DNA of 64,000 bases from Octopus bimaculoides (lineage: Eukaryota). Below, one piece after another: positions 21,544 to 34,525 of this stretch (its first letter is position 1; each line of letters starts with the position of its first letter). Both the position numbers and the translations under genes were made by a program. The notes below the pieces were generated by a model. That model was not told where the DNA came from and made no database searches. It worked only from the letters and a program-made list of their open reading frames with translations. Where the stretch lies: NCBI RefSeq assembly GCF_001194135.2, contig NC_068994.1:20436234-20500233 (forward strand), in the 5' to 3' direction.

Positions 21544-24500
21544 GTATTTAGAAGCATTTGTAAAGCAATGGCTGCGTTCTGCTAACAAAACTTAAAACAT
21601 CCCAACTTTTTCATTTTACTTTTTTTTTTAAATGTATATGTTGATTTTATTATTACGATATGCAATTTGTGTTATCAGAAATTTTATTTGTTTTGACTTA
21701 TTCTATTTATTCTTAATTACAAATCCAAATATTCCACCAATTTACTTTTTCATCATTCATTCGAGATAAAATGAGATGTCCATACTATTTAGGTTTTGTT
21801 GGCAAAACTTTTAAAATTATGCACCTGGGTGCTTACGTATGCGTACGCCTTCGAACACGCCTCAATTGCCCCACCAGGTTTTTCTTCTGTATTGATTTTA
21901 TTTTATATGGTCTGGGTCGCTGTGACATTTCCGTATGTGTATATATGCAACGTGTTTGTTATATTTGCACAAATCATTTATATTGAATGTTTTGATTTAA
22001 TGTTTTTATCTAGCCTTTAAAAGAAAAACCATAATAATTAAGTCTTTGAACAATCAAACTTTTCGTTGAAAAGCTGAATTTCTATCTTTTTCTTTAAAAA
22101 ATAACAATTCTCATTCGATCGAATTTGCGTTTATCTCTCCATTCTTGTATAAATTTAAGAAGTCGACGTAATTAATAATTTACAAGTACTCTTTCTTAGT
22201 CTCATATCAGAAGATAAGGATCACTGGTTTTCACCATATATTTCATGTAATGTTTTCCTGGCTGCAAAGAAAATTAATCTTTTAAACAAAACAAGATTAT
22301 AATTTTCGGACTATTGACCTCTAGATAAAATACTTCCATCTTTTACTTGTTGTAGTCATTCGACTGCGGCTACGTTAGGGCACCGAATGGGGGAATTTTA
22401 ATTGAATGAATCCGACCCGTTTGTTTTTTTTGTTTTTTTCTAAATCCGGGACTTACTCTTTCACTCTACTTTGTCGAACCGCTAAGTTACGAGGCGTAAA
22501 CACACCCACACTAGTTGTCAAGCGGTGGTGGGACACACACACACACACGATGGACTTCTTTCAGTTTCCGTCTACCAAATACACCGACAAGGGTTTGGTC
22601 AACCCGAGGCTATTGAAGAAGACACTTGCCCGAGATGCCACGTAGTGGGACTGAACCTGAAACCATGTAGTTGAGAAGCACACTTCTTGCCACGCAGCCA
22701 CTACTAATATTTACATCTAAACTCTATTTCGAGATCGTCATTAGGTGTTTTATTCTTAGTGTAAGAAGTATTTAACCTTATTTATTAACTAAGATCAGCG
22801 ATATAAATACACATAGGAGTAAATATGATTTCTAATTTAGGCACAATGACAAAAAATAGTGAAGGAATAGGCGAAGCCACTCTCCTCTAAACATTCATAC
22901 TCAAGGGACGTCAGCATGTTTGATGTTTCGTTTTATGATCCAAATAGTGAAACTGCTGATGCCAGCGGAGAACGTAATTTGCCAGCAAACTTACAGCATT
23001 ACCATGGGCGATGGCGAGGCTAAGGCGTTGGGAGAGTCAAGCGCCCTCGTGGTTTCCCCTGACACCTCAGTGAGGCAAACTACCAACGTTGACAAGAATT
23101 TCGCAGTTAGTGACCCAGTCCATCTGAACATCTCACCACAGGCTGGAAAAGATAGTTCACTGTCAGGTCTCGATACTTCAGGGTTTTCTTCCATTCGGCT
23201 ACGGAAGCAGTGACCCTCGCATTAACTGTAGCATCCAGGATGTGGGAGGGAGCAAAGGAATCACAGACTGTGGTGTCCCAAATGGGGCACCTACCTCTAA
23301 CCCAAGGACAGAGGGTAAGACCATCTGGTTTCTTTCCATCACTTCTGGATAACCCTGACGACTCCAGAACTGACAAGCCAGGGCCTGCATAATGATTAGG
23401 TTTAGCTTGGAGTGATGAGCGAAACAACTAGCATTTAGGCGGCAAGACAGACCATGAAGATCTGTGGGGTCGAGGGGCCTACCACAGTGACATCTCAGTC
23501 TCCTACAGACATCAGCGCCCATTCTGAGTGCGTTGGAGATGCAAAGTTCATCTAGAATGAATAAATCTCCAATGTTGGCCATAGGTAGGGCATCAATCCC
23601 ATTCTCTGAGAATTTTGCATTAGCTGAAAGCAGGCGACACCTTGAAAATTGATCAGGTTGATCAAGGAGAGAGTTGAAAATGGCACCTGAACACAGATTG
23701 TCCCATATTCTCTGTTTCTGTCTATCCTCCACTGTAACTGGAACTGACAAACCCAGCTCTTTCCACTGTGATAGAGCTTCATCCATCTCCCTGCTGGAAT
23801 TAGTCCATGTTGGAGAGGAGAGGATGTTGCCTACCAAAGGAGAGCAAGCATGGATGGTGAAAAGAAAACAGATGGGATAAAAATGAGCACTTGCACAGAC
23901 CTAGATCCCCAAACTATTTGGGAAAGATTTGGTTGTGGAAATTTGGAGAGAGTTTGGCATTGATCAAGCATTCAAGTTTCCTGAAGATTAAGTCATCAAA
24001 GTATTGGAGGGACAACAGGAATCTGTAAGAGAGACTAACTCTCAGAAAATACAATAGCTTAGGAATTAACAAGTAATTCCTAAGATTAAAAAAACCTTGG
24101 TGTTGCTCAATCACTTCCAGGTTTTTTTAAAGTTGTTCAAGGTTAGCTATTTTGGATCTAAAGATTGACTCGAAAGCTAAGTCAGTAATTGGGGCTCCAA
24201 GGGGGCACCATGTTGATGAAGGAGGAATTGCAATGAATGTAGAAAGTTAATTGTACTTTAAGTGTTCATTGTATCAATACAAATATCTGTAGATATCATA
24301 TGGGTAATTGTAAATGTGTTATAAATTTTATTGCCAGTCATGCTAGAAATGATATGCTGTTATCTTTTTTGACAATATATAAGAGGATTTGACTTTTTAA
24401 AAAGTGATGTCCTTTTTGTATGAATAGTTTATGCAGAGTGACCTTGCCTGTAGGATAAATTGAAAACAGTGCCCTGTCGACATGAGCTTATTTATATGGT

Positions 24501-26031
24501 AGCTGGGGAACATAACAGAAAATTCTGATTACACCGTGCTGTCATGTGATGCCAGGATACATTTCCCACCAAATGTGTTTTCCCACAAAGCTGGATCCCC
24601 CACCCACATAGGTGATTATTCCTGTTATAACTAAAGACTATGTACTACATTTATGAGATATTTCAGTTCTCGACTTTTAATGATTTTATTATTTCTTGAT
24701 TTACATTCTCAATACACATACAACTAATTGTACATTATGTATATTAAAAATGTTTACTGTTATTAATATATATTGTTGAAGACAATTCGTTCTCTTATCA
24801 ATTATTCAACATATTAAACATAACACCTTTATGCATTGTTGGTTCTCTTTTCTACATGGCTTCCTCTTCTGACACAGCTTCTGTCCTATCAAGCATAGAT
24901 AACTTCTGCTATACCACCATGCACTAGATAGTCCACTGTGTTGTTGGCTCAAACGGTTGCATTTTTCTCAGCAAACAAGTGTATCTGAGATTGCCCAATA
25001 TCATTTCTTAGTTTGTCTCTGTCCCTATTCATGGAGATACTATCACACTACCTACAGGCTCTTTCACTTGCGAATAATTGATATACAAAATTATTAAATG
25101 CACATCAATTTCACTACAAGAGTGACTTTCTTTTGCCTATTATTCAACTGTTGTGAGTTAGGCGACAGAAAGCCATCTCAACTGCTTAGTTGCATAAAGC
25201 AGTTGCTTGGCATGAACACAAAGATAACATTTTGAAACAGTTATTCTTATCTTGTCTTCTACTTATGCCATTTAAAGTATCTACTAAAGAAAGTGACAAT
25301 GCTGAACTCTTAGCTGAGATGGCCTATAATATTGATGAACTTCATTCATTAGTATTAGTGCTGACAGTCTGGTCTCTTCTTCACTGGGCATTTCTTCTAT
25401 GACCTTATTGGATGTCTTTAATTCTAAGATGGAGCATCAGGCCATATTAGTATAGACACTTACCATGTATATTAGATGATGAGCTTAACTGATCCTCTAA
25501 TTGCAGACAGTTTCTCATGAATATTCTCAAAGCCCTAGTTTTTCAAGCTCAAAGCAATTATACTATTGGTACTACTGCAGATTTGGATTAAAGGCTCAGC
25601 AGTGTATTCAGCCATGTGGTTTTATGCAGGTGAATCTTGTTTCTGGATTTTCCTCTTTCCATTACAAGAAACACTTTGGACCACAAATAGCTATGACAAA
25701 TTTACCTAACATTTGTCAAAAATGTTGCTAACTGATTGATACAGGGCCACAAACTTCCATATCACCATTTCAAATTTGTGGGGAAGAACAGAAAGTATGT
25801 GATATTGTTTTGTATGCATTCAGTCATTCACTTATAAGTACTTATGGCAGCAAATCATTAACTCTTGATTTGAGACTTCCTAGAAATTGATCTTTTGTTT
25901 GCTGTGTTTGATTTCAGTTTTGGCAGATGCACACTTTCCTACATCATCTATTTGTCGTCGGGGACCAATTGAAATTAGGGCAGATGGTAAGTTAAAAATT
26001 TCTTAATCATTTATTATAACCAAATAACTGG

Positions 26032-26074
<43 letters not shown>

Positions 26075-26547
26075 GAAACTAAGATTGTTCAAATGATGCC
26101 TTTGGTTATGAACTGGACATTTGGTTACAGCTTTTTGGTCACTAAACTTATTTTAGCAGTAGCATTAAAAGCAGACTCACACATTCAGAAATATACAAAT
26201 GCACAGCAAGAGGGAGGGAGAGAGAAACATTAAAATGTTGCAAATAAATAAAAAAAAGAAAACCTACAAATCCTCAAAAACCGAGAAATATTACAGTGTA
26301 TAAACTGGTTGACATGTCTTCTCCCTAAAAGCATATAAAGGTAACACTTCCACACAAACACAATAAGTTAGAGAGCAACATTAAAGCATATTAAAAGTGA
26401 ATCTAATTGACACTGAGAAACACACATATAGACAAAAATGATATAAAGTGAAATAGTTAAAATGGAGTTATTTGCCTGCTTATGACGAATACACAGCAAA
26501 AGATTACTAAGAGCTATTACTAAGCTAATTTATCAATAAGCCTGTTC

Positions 26548-26584
<37 letters not shown>

Positions 26585-29500
26585 TCTTTGGTCAGTAAGT
26601 GTTATTTCCTATTTGCTTCTATCTAAAACTCAAAGGAAATGACTACTATTCCCTTCAAACTTTGCTTTTGTGACCTGCACATCAACGTTTTGGTACTGAC
26701 ATATTTTTCATTACATTTCAGACAGATTCAGTATTAAGTTGCTGAATCAGAAATATTGTTATAGCAAATATTCTGCTCAATACCAGATTTGCTTGCCAGT
26801 TGCATGTCCCTTAGTGGCTGACAATATGTGCATCATGAGTAGAAGTAGTGGAGGAGCATCATAGCCATATGATGAGAGGGATTCTTTGGGGCTTGAATAA
26901 ATGTAACAGAAACAAAGTTTGAAGGAAGTATTATCCATTTTTCATACTTTCTAAAAGAAAGCAAATAGGAAATAACAGTTGCTACACAAGGAAAAAAATT
27001 GTGTTACACTGCTATCAGTGTTCCTCAAGAAGTTAGTTGTTAGCTTTCATTCATTCATTTGTCTGTCAGTTTTCCCAAACTAGCATGGATTAGATGAACT
27101 TAATGTTCAGATATTGTTTTACAGCCAGATGCTCTTCCTGTCATTAACTCTTACCTGTTTTTTTTTTGAGTAAGGGATCTCTTATTCCACACATTTTTGA
27201 GAGTGCAAATCCAGCAGACAATTTGTTTACAGAAAAATAATAACGAAACTTACCACTTGTGGGTCAGCAGATTTTCATGCACAGTGCACAGGACATAAAG
27301 ATTTGCAGGCATAGAGACTCATATATACATGCATACATACATATATATACTGTTACTTGTTTCAGCCCAGTCGTTACACAGAGGCCATGCTGGAGCACCA
27401 CCTTAAAGGGTTTTAGTTGAACAAATCAACCCCAGGACTTATTCTTTGTAAGCCTAGTACTTATTCTGTCAGTTTCTTTTGCCAAACTACTAAGTTATGG
27501 GGACATAAACACACCAACATTGGTTGTCAAGCAATGGTGGAGGGACAAACACACACATAGATACATATGCATATATATATATATGATAGTCGTTTTTCAG
27601 TTTCTCTCTACCAAATCCACTCACAAGGCTTTGGTTGGCCCGAGGCTATAGTAGAAGACACTTGCCCAAGGTGTCACAGAGTGGGACTGAACCTGGAACC
27701 ATGTGGTTGAGAAGCAAGCGTCTTATCACACAATATACACATATGTTCACAGCATAACATATTACCACTCAACCATTTGCTATCACCATTTTAGGAAGAT
27801 TCGTCCTCTAGAATAAACAAGTTTAAAAGAAATAGGAACCATTTCCAAACAAAGATTAGTCCTGACGATTTCCCTAATTCAATTGTTCAATTAGATAAAA
27901 TGGAGAACTTATACCATGTTAATTACAAATAATGCAGTGAAATGATAAAGCTAATTTAACATCATCATACATGAGAGAAAGAGAAATAGAGGGGAGAAAG
28001 AGAGAGAGAGAGAATAAAATGTTGCAAATAAATAAACATACAAAACAACACTGTACAATAAAAACATAACCAGGAAAACCATTCCAGCCAAATTGGGAAT
28101 TATAGTAGTGTGTTGTTGGCACTCCGTCGAGGGTTCCAGTTGATCTGATCAACAGAACAGCCTGCTCGTGAAATCAACATGCAAGTGGCTGAGCACTCCA
28201 CAGACACGTGTACCCTTAACGTAGTTCTCGGGGATATTCAGCGTGACACAGTGTGACAAGGCTGACCCTTTGAAATACAGGTACAACAGAAACAGGAAGT
28301 AAGAGTGAGAGAAAGTTGAGGTGAAAGAGTACAGCAGGGTTCGCCACCATCCCCTGCTGGAGCATCGTGGAGCTTTAGGTGTTTTCGCTCAATAAACACT
28401 CACAACGCCCGGTCTGGGAATCGAAACCGCAATCCTATGACCGCGATTCCGCTGCCCTAACCACTGGGCCATTGCGCCTCCACTAGTAGTGTGTACACAG
28501 AAACTAAATATATCTTTCTGCTATTTCAATTTCAGTTTTACATTTTATTTCTCATTTGTTTCAATGTGTTAGCAAACTGCTTTAATCTCTGATGTGGACA
28601 CAGTTACAAAGTACAGTGAACAATTAAAATGTGTTATCACTACTAAAGAAAAATGTAATTTTATTATTGTGATTCAAACACTTCATGATACATCAGTTAC
28701 TTTAGAGAATAGATATAATTTACTTCAAGATATTTGGGCCTAGCCCATAAAATGGGTAATAGCTATTATGTATAATGTGTGCTACTGATATTTTAAATTT
28801 GAAAATCTGGCAAAAAGTAGCTTGATTTATACATTAATTATTACAGTATACATTTATATAGATATTCACACATATATTATGTATAGGTATATATGTGTAT
28901 ACAGATACATATGTATATATGTGTGTGTGTGTGTGTGCATTCATTTCTTTCTTTTCTTTTTTTAGGACACAAAATACCAGAGTTATTAAAAGCTATAATG
29001 CAGCTGTTCCCATTGGACACCTATGAAGACTCAGTAAGGTTTTTCAACTGTAGTACCTTATTACTTACAAATCCTACCTTGTGATCATTATCATCATGGA
29101 TTTACAGTTCAGTTTTCAATGATGCAATAGGCTTGTTTGATGAGGTCTCAATTTGACATAATTTTTTCTATACCACAAAAGTTTTCAAATTCATACTGAA
29201 AAAACACACTTGATATTCTCTTGACCGAACAATACAAAATCAAATACCTTTCGATCCTTAGCTTATGTGATGTTGCTCCAAGCAACCAGACTTTATTTTC
29301 TTTCTTAACCTGTTGACATGCTTATATGGAGTTGGCCAAAAGTCACCTGACAGTAAATCAAAATTCCATAAATACTATCGGTAATTCTGTATTGACTCAA
29401 ATGGAAAAAGGTGTTATTCAAGAAGGACTTCAGTTTGAACAATTTTCACAATGTTTCATATTCAGATGCTTTTATTAAATTCATTCAGTTGTTAAACACA

Positions 29501-32500
29501 AATAAATCTTGGAATTAAATAGTTTCGATTTACTGTCAGGTGACTTTTGGCCAATCCTGTATTACTAGTTTTCTACAGTTCAACTAATTTACTTGTCTGT
29601 AATCACATATATTTTCTGTGTCTTGCCAAGTACATACAATTATCTCTGGATTATACTGCTGAGCTAATCTCTTTCTGAATTTCAAGTATTCAAAGGGCCA
29701 GTGGTTAATGATACTTAACTCTGGTTACTGTAATATTAAGCAAATAAGAGGTAAATATCCTCCCAGGTACGGTGTTATTAGCATTTCCTTCTGGAGGAAT
29801 TGAACTAAGTACTGCCAACAAAATATTATTGAGTCAGCCACATGCAAATTTTTTGCTAGTATTAGATGTTCATAAACAAGAGTCAGAAAGTAAAGGAAGG
29901 GTATTTAAAATGGTACAGTTTTGGGTAACAAATATTGTGTGTATTACTCAGTAGTTATTAAACTCAGTATTTTGAGCATGTCATCAGGGCCCAGAACCTC
30001 AGCACTCATATCTTGCAGGAAGAGTCAATGGGAAATGAAGAAGAGAGAGACTGAGAAGATGCTGGTTGGATAGCATCAAAGAAGTGAATGGAAGATCCTG
30101 GCTGAATGCATAATCATTGTGAAAGGTAGGAATACATGGATAAATATGGTGCATGCACCCATAGTATCCAACCTACAGCAAAGAACATGGGAATAGACAA
30201 GACAAAACAAAACAAACCCATGTCAACTTAGCCTCATTGCAACCTCTTCTTTTTTTTAAACTCTGTGGGGAATGTGAAAAACAAATGTCCCACATTTATT
30301 ATCTTTGTAATGAATTTTCTCATCTAAATAAAAATACTAATATCATTTTATCTACTGATATAGGCTTTTGTTATGAAGAAAACTAAAGAAGATATAAATT
30401 TGCCACTGCCTCACTTGGCTGAATATAAGAAGATTTTATCAGAAGCAGAGAATAAATCTGTAAGCAATGTAGTATTAATCAGAAAAGAGTTCAAACTATA
30501 AACAAAATTATTTCTTACAAGTACAACACAGAAATATAGCTTTATATGTTTTCTTCACTTCATCTATTTGCAGATTCATATGATTGAAGTCGAAAGATTT
30601 GCTTTCTATGAACAAGCCAAAAAAGCATATGCTATTGTTCACACAGGGTAAAATGTATCTTATTTATATTTTTTTTACAAAAAATTCAATAACAAAAAAA
30701 ATTACAAAGCTGGAAACCAAACATGAAGTTTCACAAAAATTTGTGGTAAAGCTTTAGCATTATGAGGGTCGGCTGAAAAGTTCATACGTTGATTATGAAG
30801 GAGTGATGCTAAAGCTGTGAAATTTTGCATGGCATGTGTTAATTTTATCTCTTCTTATCAATAACTGCATTTCCAGGTAAAATGTCATTGGCCTGCCTGT
30901 TCAAAGAAGACTTCAAAAGTGACTAGTAGCAACTTTTCTTGAAAATGGACAAAATTTGGCATGATGGCATTATCAGATACCTGCAGAAAAACGGTTTAGT
31001 CCCCGAGGACATTCATGCTGACATTAGGGAATAATGTTCCAGCTTTATCAATAGTGCAAAAGTGGGAAGCTGAATTTAGGAGGGAAAGGGAGTCTTAACA
31101 ATGACCCAAGGTCTGAACATCCTGTAACTGCCACAGCTGAGGAAAACATTGATCATGTTCACCACATGGTGATGGATGACAGGTAATTGACTATAAAACA
31201 AATAGCCAATGCTACTAGCATATCCTGTGAGAGAGTTTAGAATATTTTGCACAATAAACTTGGAATGACAAAGGTTTTTGCTCAGTGGGTGCCATATCTT
31301 GACACCGGATCAAAATCACACCAGGTTAATCACATTATGGGAAAATTTGACATTGTTTCCAGCAGGTCAAGCTGGTTTCCTAATGCAGGATCAGTGTTGG
31401 TTTCATCGCTTTAAACCAAAGATAAAGAGTTGATCTATGGAGTGGAAACACAACTCCTCACCTGCTCTAAAGAAGGCTAAGATCGTTTCATTTGCAGGGA
31501 AGGTAATGGCCTGTATTTTAGGATGCAAAGGGCATTGTGTTCATGACTATCTTCAAAAGAGCCACGCTATTAATGGAGAAAACTATGCCAACTTGCTGAG
31601 GCAGTTATGAAAGGCTATCAAGACCTGATGTCCAGGAAAACTGACAAAAAGAGTCTTGTTTCATCAGGACAATGCTTCAGTACACAAGTCCTCCATTTCA
31701 ATGGCTACTGTGCATGACTCTGGCTTTGAACTGATTCATCACCTTCCCTATTCTCCTGATTTGGCCCCATCTAACTATCATCTGTTCCCTAACATGAAAG
31801 GGCACTTGGCTGGCAATCAGTATCACAGTGATGACACCCCTTTATCAGCTGTTGATGACTTTTTTGACATTGGTCAGCAATGAGATCCGAGCACTGCAAC
31901 ACCAATGAAAGAGTTGTGGACTGAAAAGGGAATTATGTTGAAAAATAAACCTCATTTGGTCACATTCTATAAGGGTATCTTCGTCAGCCTATGAACTTTT
32001 CAGCTGACCCTCATATTGTTCCTAACTTTCCCTTTAGTGTTATAAAAGTTATAGTTATTAATCTTCTCTAGTTATGTCGAAGTCTAAAAATGCTGTGTTG
32101 CAATGATTGTGATTGAATCATGAAGTTGAAAACCTCAATAATAAAATTATCTTGAGAACCACATTTTGATAAAAAAAAATTGGAATTTAAAAGAATTTGA
32201 GACAATATAAACTTTAATAATTACTTTCTTTTAGTAAAAGTTACATACTCCAAACTAAGCAGCTTTTTTTATTATTGTATAGGTAAATTCCTGTACACTA
32301 GAACATAAAATGCATCCATTACAGAATTGTGTATCAGAAACAAAATTATTTGTTACACTGTGTGTAAAAACATCAAGCTGAGCTCCAAATGATATGTTAT
32401 CTAGCAGACATGTTTCAATATGATTTCACCTTCTTAGTCATTTGAGTTGGACTGGAAATTCTGTTGCTGAACATGGAAAATAGCAAACAATATTCATTTG

Positions 32501-32820
32501 AAGCTTAGCTCAATGTTTTTACACAAAAAGTCAGAGAAAAATATATTTGCAACACGAAATCCCACAGTGAATGTCTTCCTGTTCTAGTATACAGGAACGT
32601 TTTAAAAATAAATGTGCAGACCTTTATTTTGATTCTCACTTCATGTGCTTATACCAATATATAAGTGTGTGTGTGACATTTCAAATTGCTTAGCTTGAAA
32701 AATCTTTGCTTTTGCAACTATTTTATTCCCTCCTCTTAAATGAAATACTTTTTTGATCTTCCTTGTAGTGAATTGGCAAAATATGGAAACATAATCATTA
32801 AGAAGGGTCTCGCCTTGTAA
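21462..32820 (+). CDS. FUOM: L-fucose mutarotase (FucU/RbsD family), spliced gene, 146 aa
   Basis: join(21462-21543, 25918-25986, 28966-29033, 30364-30459, 30574-30647, 32769-32820) = 441 nt, all GT-AG, phases 1,1,0,0,2. Translation MPLKGIPSIISPALLHALAAMGHGDEIVLADAHFPTSSICRRGPIEIRADGHKIPELLKAIMQLFPLDTYEDSAFVMKKTKEDINLPLPHLAEYKKILSEAENKSIHMIEVERFAFYEQAKKAYAIVHTGELAKYGNIIIKKGLAL*. Family motifs MGHGDEI..AD.HFP, IRADG, LDTY, RF.FYE.AKKA and YGNII.KKG are present. Confidence 0.96.
22347..22703 (-). mobile_element. tRNA-derived SINE
   Basis: same family as 33976-34292, CpG-rich copy. Confidence 0.7.
22915..24620 (-). mobile_element. CRE-like non-LTR retrotransposon relic (RT C-terminus, Zn knuckle, restriction-like endonuclease)
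   Basis: CRRLRCHCG...HGLSC...HH..LN.II..AL and DGKKPDGLTLCPWVRGRCPIWDTTV.DSFAPSH; frameshifted. Confidence 0.7.
25918..25986 (+). CDS. FUOM: FUOM exon 2
   Basis: tttcag acceptor, VLADAHFP...IRAD, donor gtaagt. Confidence 0.95.
26038..26072. repeat. (CA)n microsatellite
   Basis: direct. Confidence 0.95.
26551..26583. repeat. poly(T) tract, 33 nt
   Basis: direct. Confidence 0.95.
27356..27730 (-). mobile_element. tRNA-derived SINE
   Basis: same family as 33976-34292. Confidence 0.7.
28114..28483 (-). mobile_element. young full-length tRNA-derived SINE with target-site duplication
   Basis: A box TGGCCCAGTGG and B box GGTTTCGATTCC on the minus strand; 11-bp TSD TAGTAGTGTGT at 28103-28113 and 28484-28494. 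Confidence 0.85.
28966..29033 (+). CDS. FUOM: FUOM exon 3
   Basis: polypyrimidine-tag acceptor, GHKIPELL...PLDTYEDS, donor gtaagg. Confidence 0.95.
29327..29559. mobile_element. Tc1/mariner-type MITE
   Basis: TIR core TTGGCCAAAAGTCACCTGACAGTAAATC at both ends, TA flanks. Confidence 0.8.
30364..30459 (+). CDS. FUOM: FUOM exon 4
   Basis: 96 nt phase 0-0, AFVMKK...EAENKS, donor gtaagc. Confidence 0.88.
30574..30647 (+). CDS. FUOM: FUOM exon 5
   Basis: ttgcag acceptor, IHMIEVERFAFYEQAKKAYAIVHTG, donor gtaaaa. Confidence 0.95.
30763..32013 (+). mobile_element. full-length but mutated mariner (DD34D) transposon in FUOM intron 5
   Basis: TIRs TGAGGGTC(G/A)GCTGAAAAGTTCATA with TA flanks, about 1.25 kb; WVP, FHQDNASVH and HLPYSPDLAPSNYHLF motifs; ORF disrupted. 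Confidence 0.92.
32769..32820 (+). CDS. FUOM: FUOM exon 6
   Basis: ccttgtag acceptor, ELAKYGNIIIKKGLAL-TAA. Confidence 0.95.
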
Positions 32821-33212
32821 CACCAACGCCTGACTTCTGAATGACCTTCACAACGCTCACATATGACCATTATATTTTTCTCTTTTCCCTGCCAACAGTC
32901 TTTTGCAGTACTTGCAATAAGGTCACAAGTGCCACCCTCCTTTCTGTGACTAAACCAGGACTTCCCATATACTGCTAATAACAAAATTTGATGTCAATTC
33001 ATCCCCAAATTAATTGAATATCAATTACATAACTAATTTACCAGTATTTGATAGAATTTACGTGAGTAAAATATCTTCAAACACCTTTAATATTTGAATC
33101 ATTTTTTTTAATGGAAAGGATTGATTTGGTGGACACCAAAAAGACCACAAATACTAGGTTTGTGAGTTTGAGCAACAAATAACAATATTGTGTTCAAAGT
33201 GTTTTTGTACTT

Positions 33213-33218
33213 AATAAA
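33213..33218 (+). terminator. candidate FUOM polyadenylation signal
   Basis: AATAAA about 390 nt after the stop. Confidence 0.3.
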
Positions 33219-33975
33219 TAATGCACATGGCACTCATATTCCACCATATATATGTAAAAACTAGTTCAACTGCACCAAAACTGATATATTCTAAATTTTT
33301 TTTTGTTTGTTAATGTCCAGTTCCTTTAAATATGAATATAAACTCTGCTTAATCAAAAACCATCTCAATAAATTCTCCAAGACAGTTCAGACCAACCAAA
33401 GCCCATCAAGTATGTGTCCCTACCAACAATTGACAACCAGTGTTGGTGTGTTTATACTCCTGTAACATAGTTTATCAAGCTCCTTTGTTGAACTACTAAG
33501 TACCAAGCTCAGAAAAATGGACTGGGGTCAATTCATTCAACTAAAAATTCCTAATGGCAGTGCTCCAGCATGGCCACAGACTGAAACAAGTAAAACTTAA
33601 ATATGCATGTTTCAATTGGAGAAATCCATTCAATAATTTCCATATTTCGAAATCCTTGAGTCAAGCTTTAAAGTCTTTTTGCAAATTCTTAATGGAGTTT
33701 TTATAGATAAGCCAGTCAATATCAAAAATATTTTTTCTGATTTCTCTATTGACAACAAATTTTCAAAATTCTCAAAGCTGTATTTGCCCAAAGTAGGTGA
33801 GCTTAACTGAATTAGAATCCAGGATTCATTACAAAATTACTTTTCACAATACAAAGAAAGAGGCATTAGATTTGTTTTCAACCTGAATTTCAGATAGTCT
33901 TCAGAACTGTGCCAAGGGGTTGCTTCCCTTAATGTTTCTGGTTTCAAGATTAAAATTTTTTTCAAAATACAGACA

Positions 33976-34292
33976 GGAGTGGTTGTGTGGGAAGTAGCTT
34001 ACTTACCAACCACATGGTTCTGGGTTCAGTCCCACTGCGTGGCACCTTGGGCAAGTGTCTTCTACTATAGCCTTGGGCCGACCAAAGCCTTGAATGGATT
34101 TGGTAGACGGAAACTGAAAGAAACTTGTGTGTATATGTCTCCCCAACATCGCTTGACAACCGATGTTGGTGTGTTTACGTCCCCGTAACTTAGCGGATCG
34201 GCAAAAGAGACTGATAGAATAAGTACTAGGGTCAATTTGCTCAAGGCGGTGCTCCAGCATGGCCGCAGTCAAATGACTGAAACAAGTAAAAG
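33976..34292 (+). mobile_element. tRNA-derived SINE (sense copy)
   Basis: head GGAGTGGTTGTGTGG ... GGGTTCAGTCCC (A/B-box-like). Confidence 0.75.
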
Positions 34293-34366
34293 AGGTGAAT
34301 TGATATTATATTAGTAACGACCTAACACCCACACTAACAAATAACTGGCAATACTAAACTGACTTA

Positions 34367-34525
34367 CCCTTCAACATTTAAATCAGCCAGATCTGGCTTC
34401 TTATAACCTACAACATTATTCTAAAAATAGATGATCTCAATATTGAGATGATGCATGATTAATTCAAAACTGTGTGAATAAATAAGCATTATATTTGACA
34501 GCAGAGTAATCTTAATGTTAAAGGG
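34367..34525. mobile_element. piggyBac-type MITE, degenerate
   Basis: CCCTTCAACATT ... AATGTTAAAGGG|TTAA; same family as 36388-36598. Confidence 0.55.

Noticed and set aside
28400-28483. tRNA gene
   Set aside because: The tRNA-like head continues into a 370-bp body with TSDs; it is a SINE, with no clean cloverleaf or terminator.
29772-29954. ORF in FUOM intron 3 as a candidate exon 4
   Set aside because: No similarity to the family; 30364-30459 has correct phase, splice sites and alignment position.
21462-32820. Bacterial contamination or recent HGT of fucU
   Set aside because: The gene has five canonical introns filled with host repeats and sits between typical animal genes.
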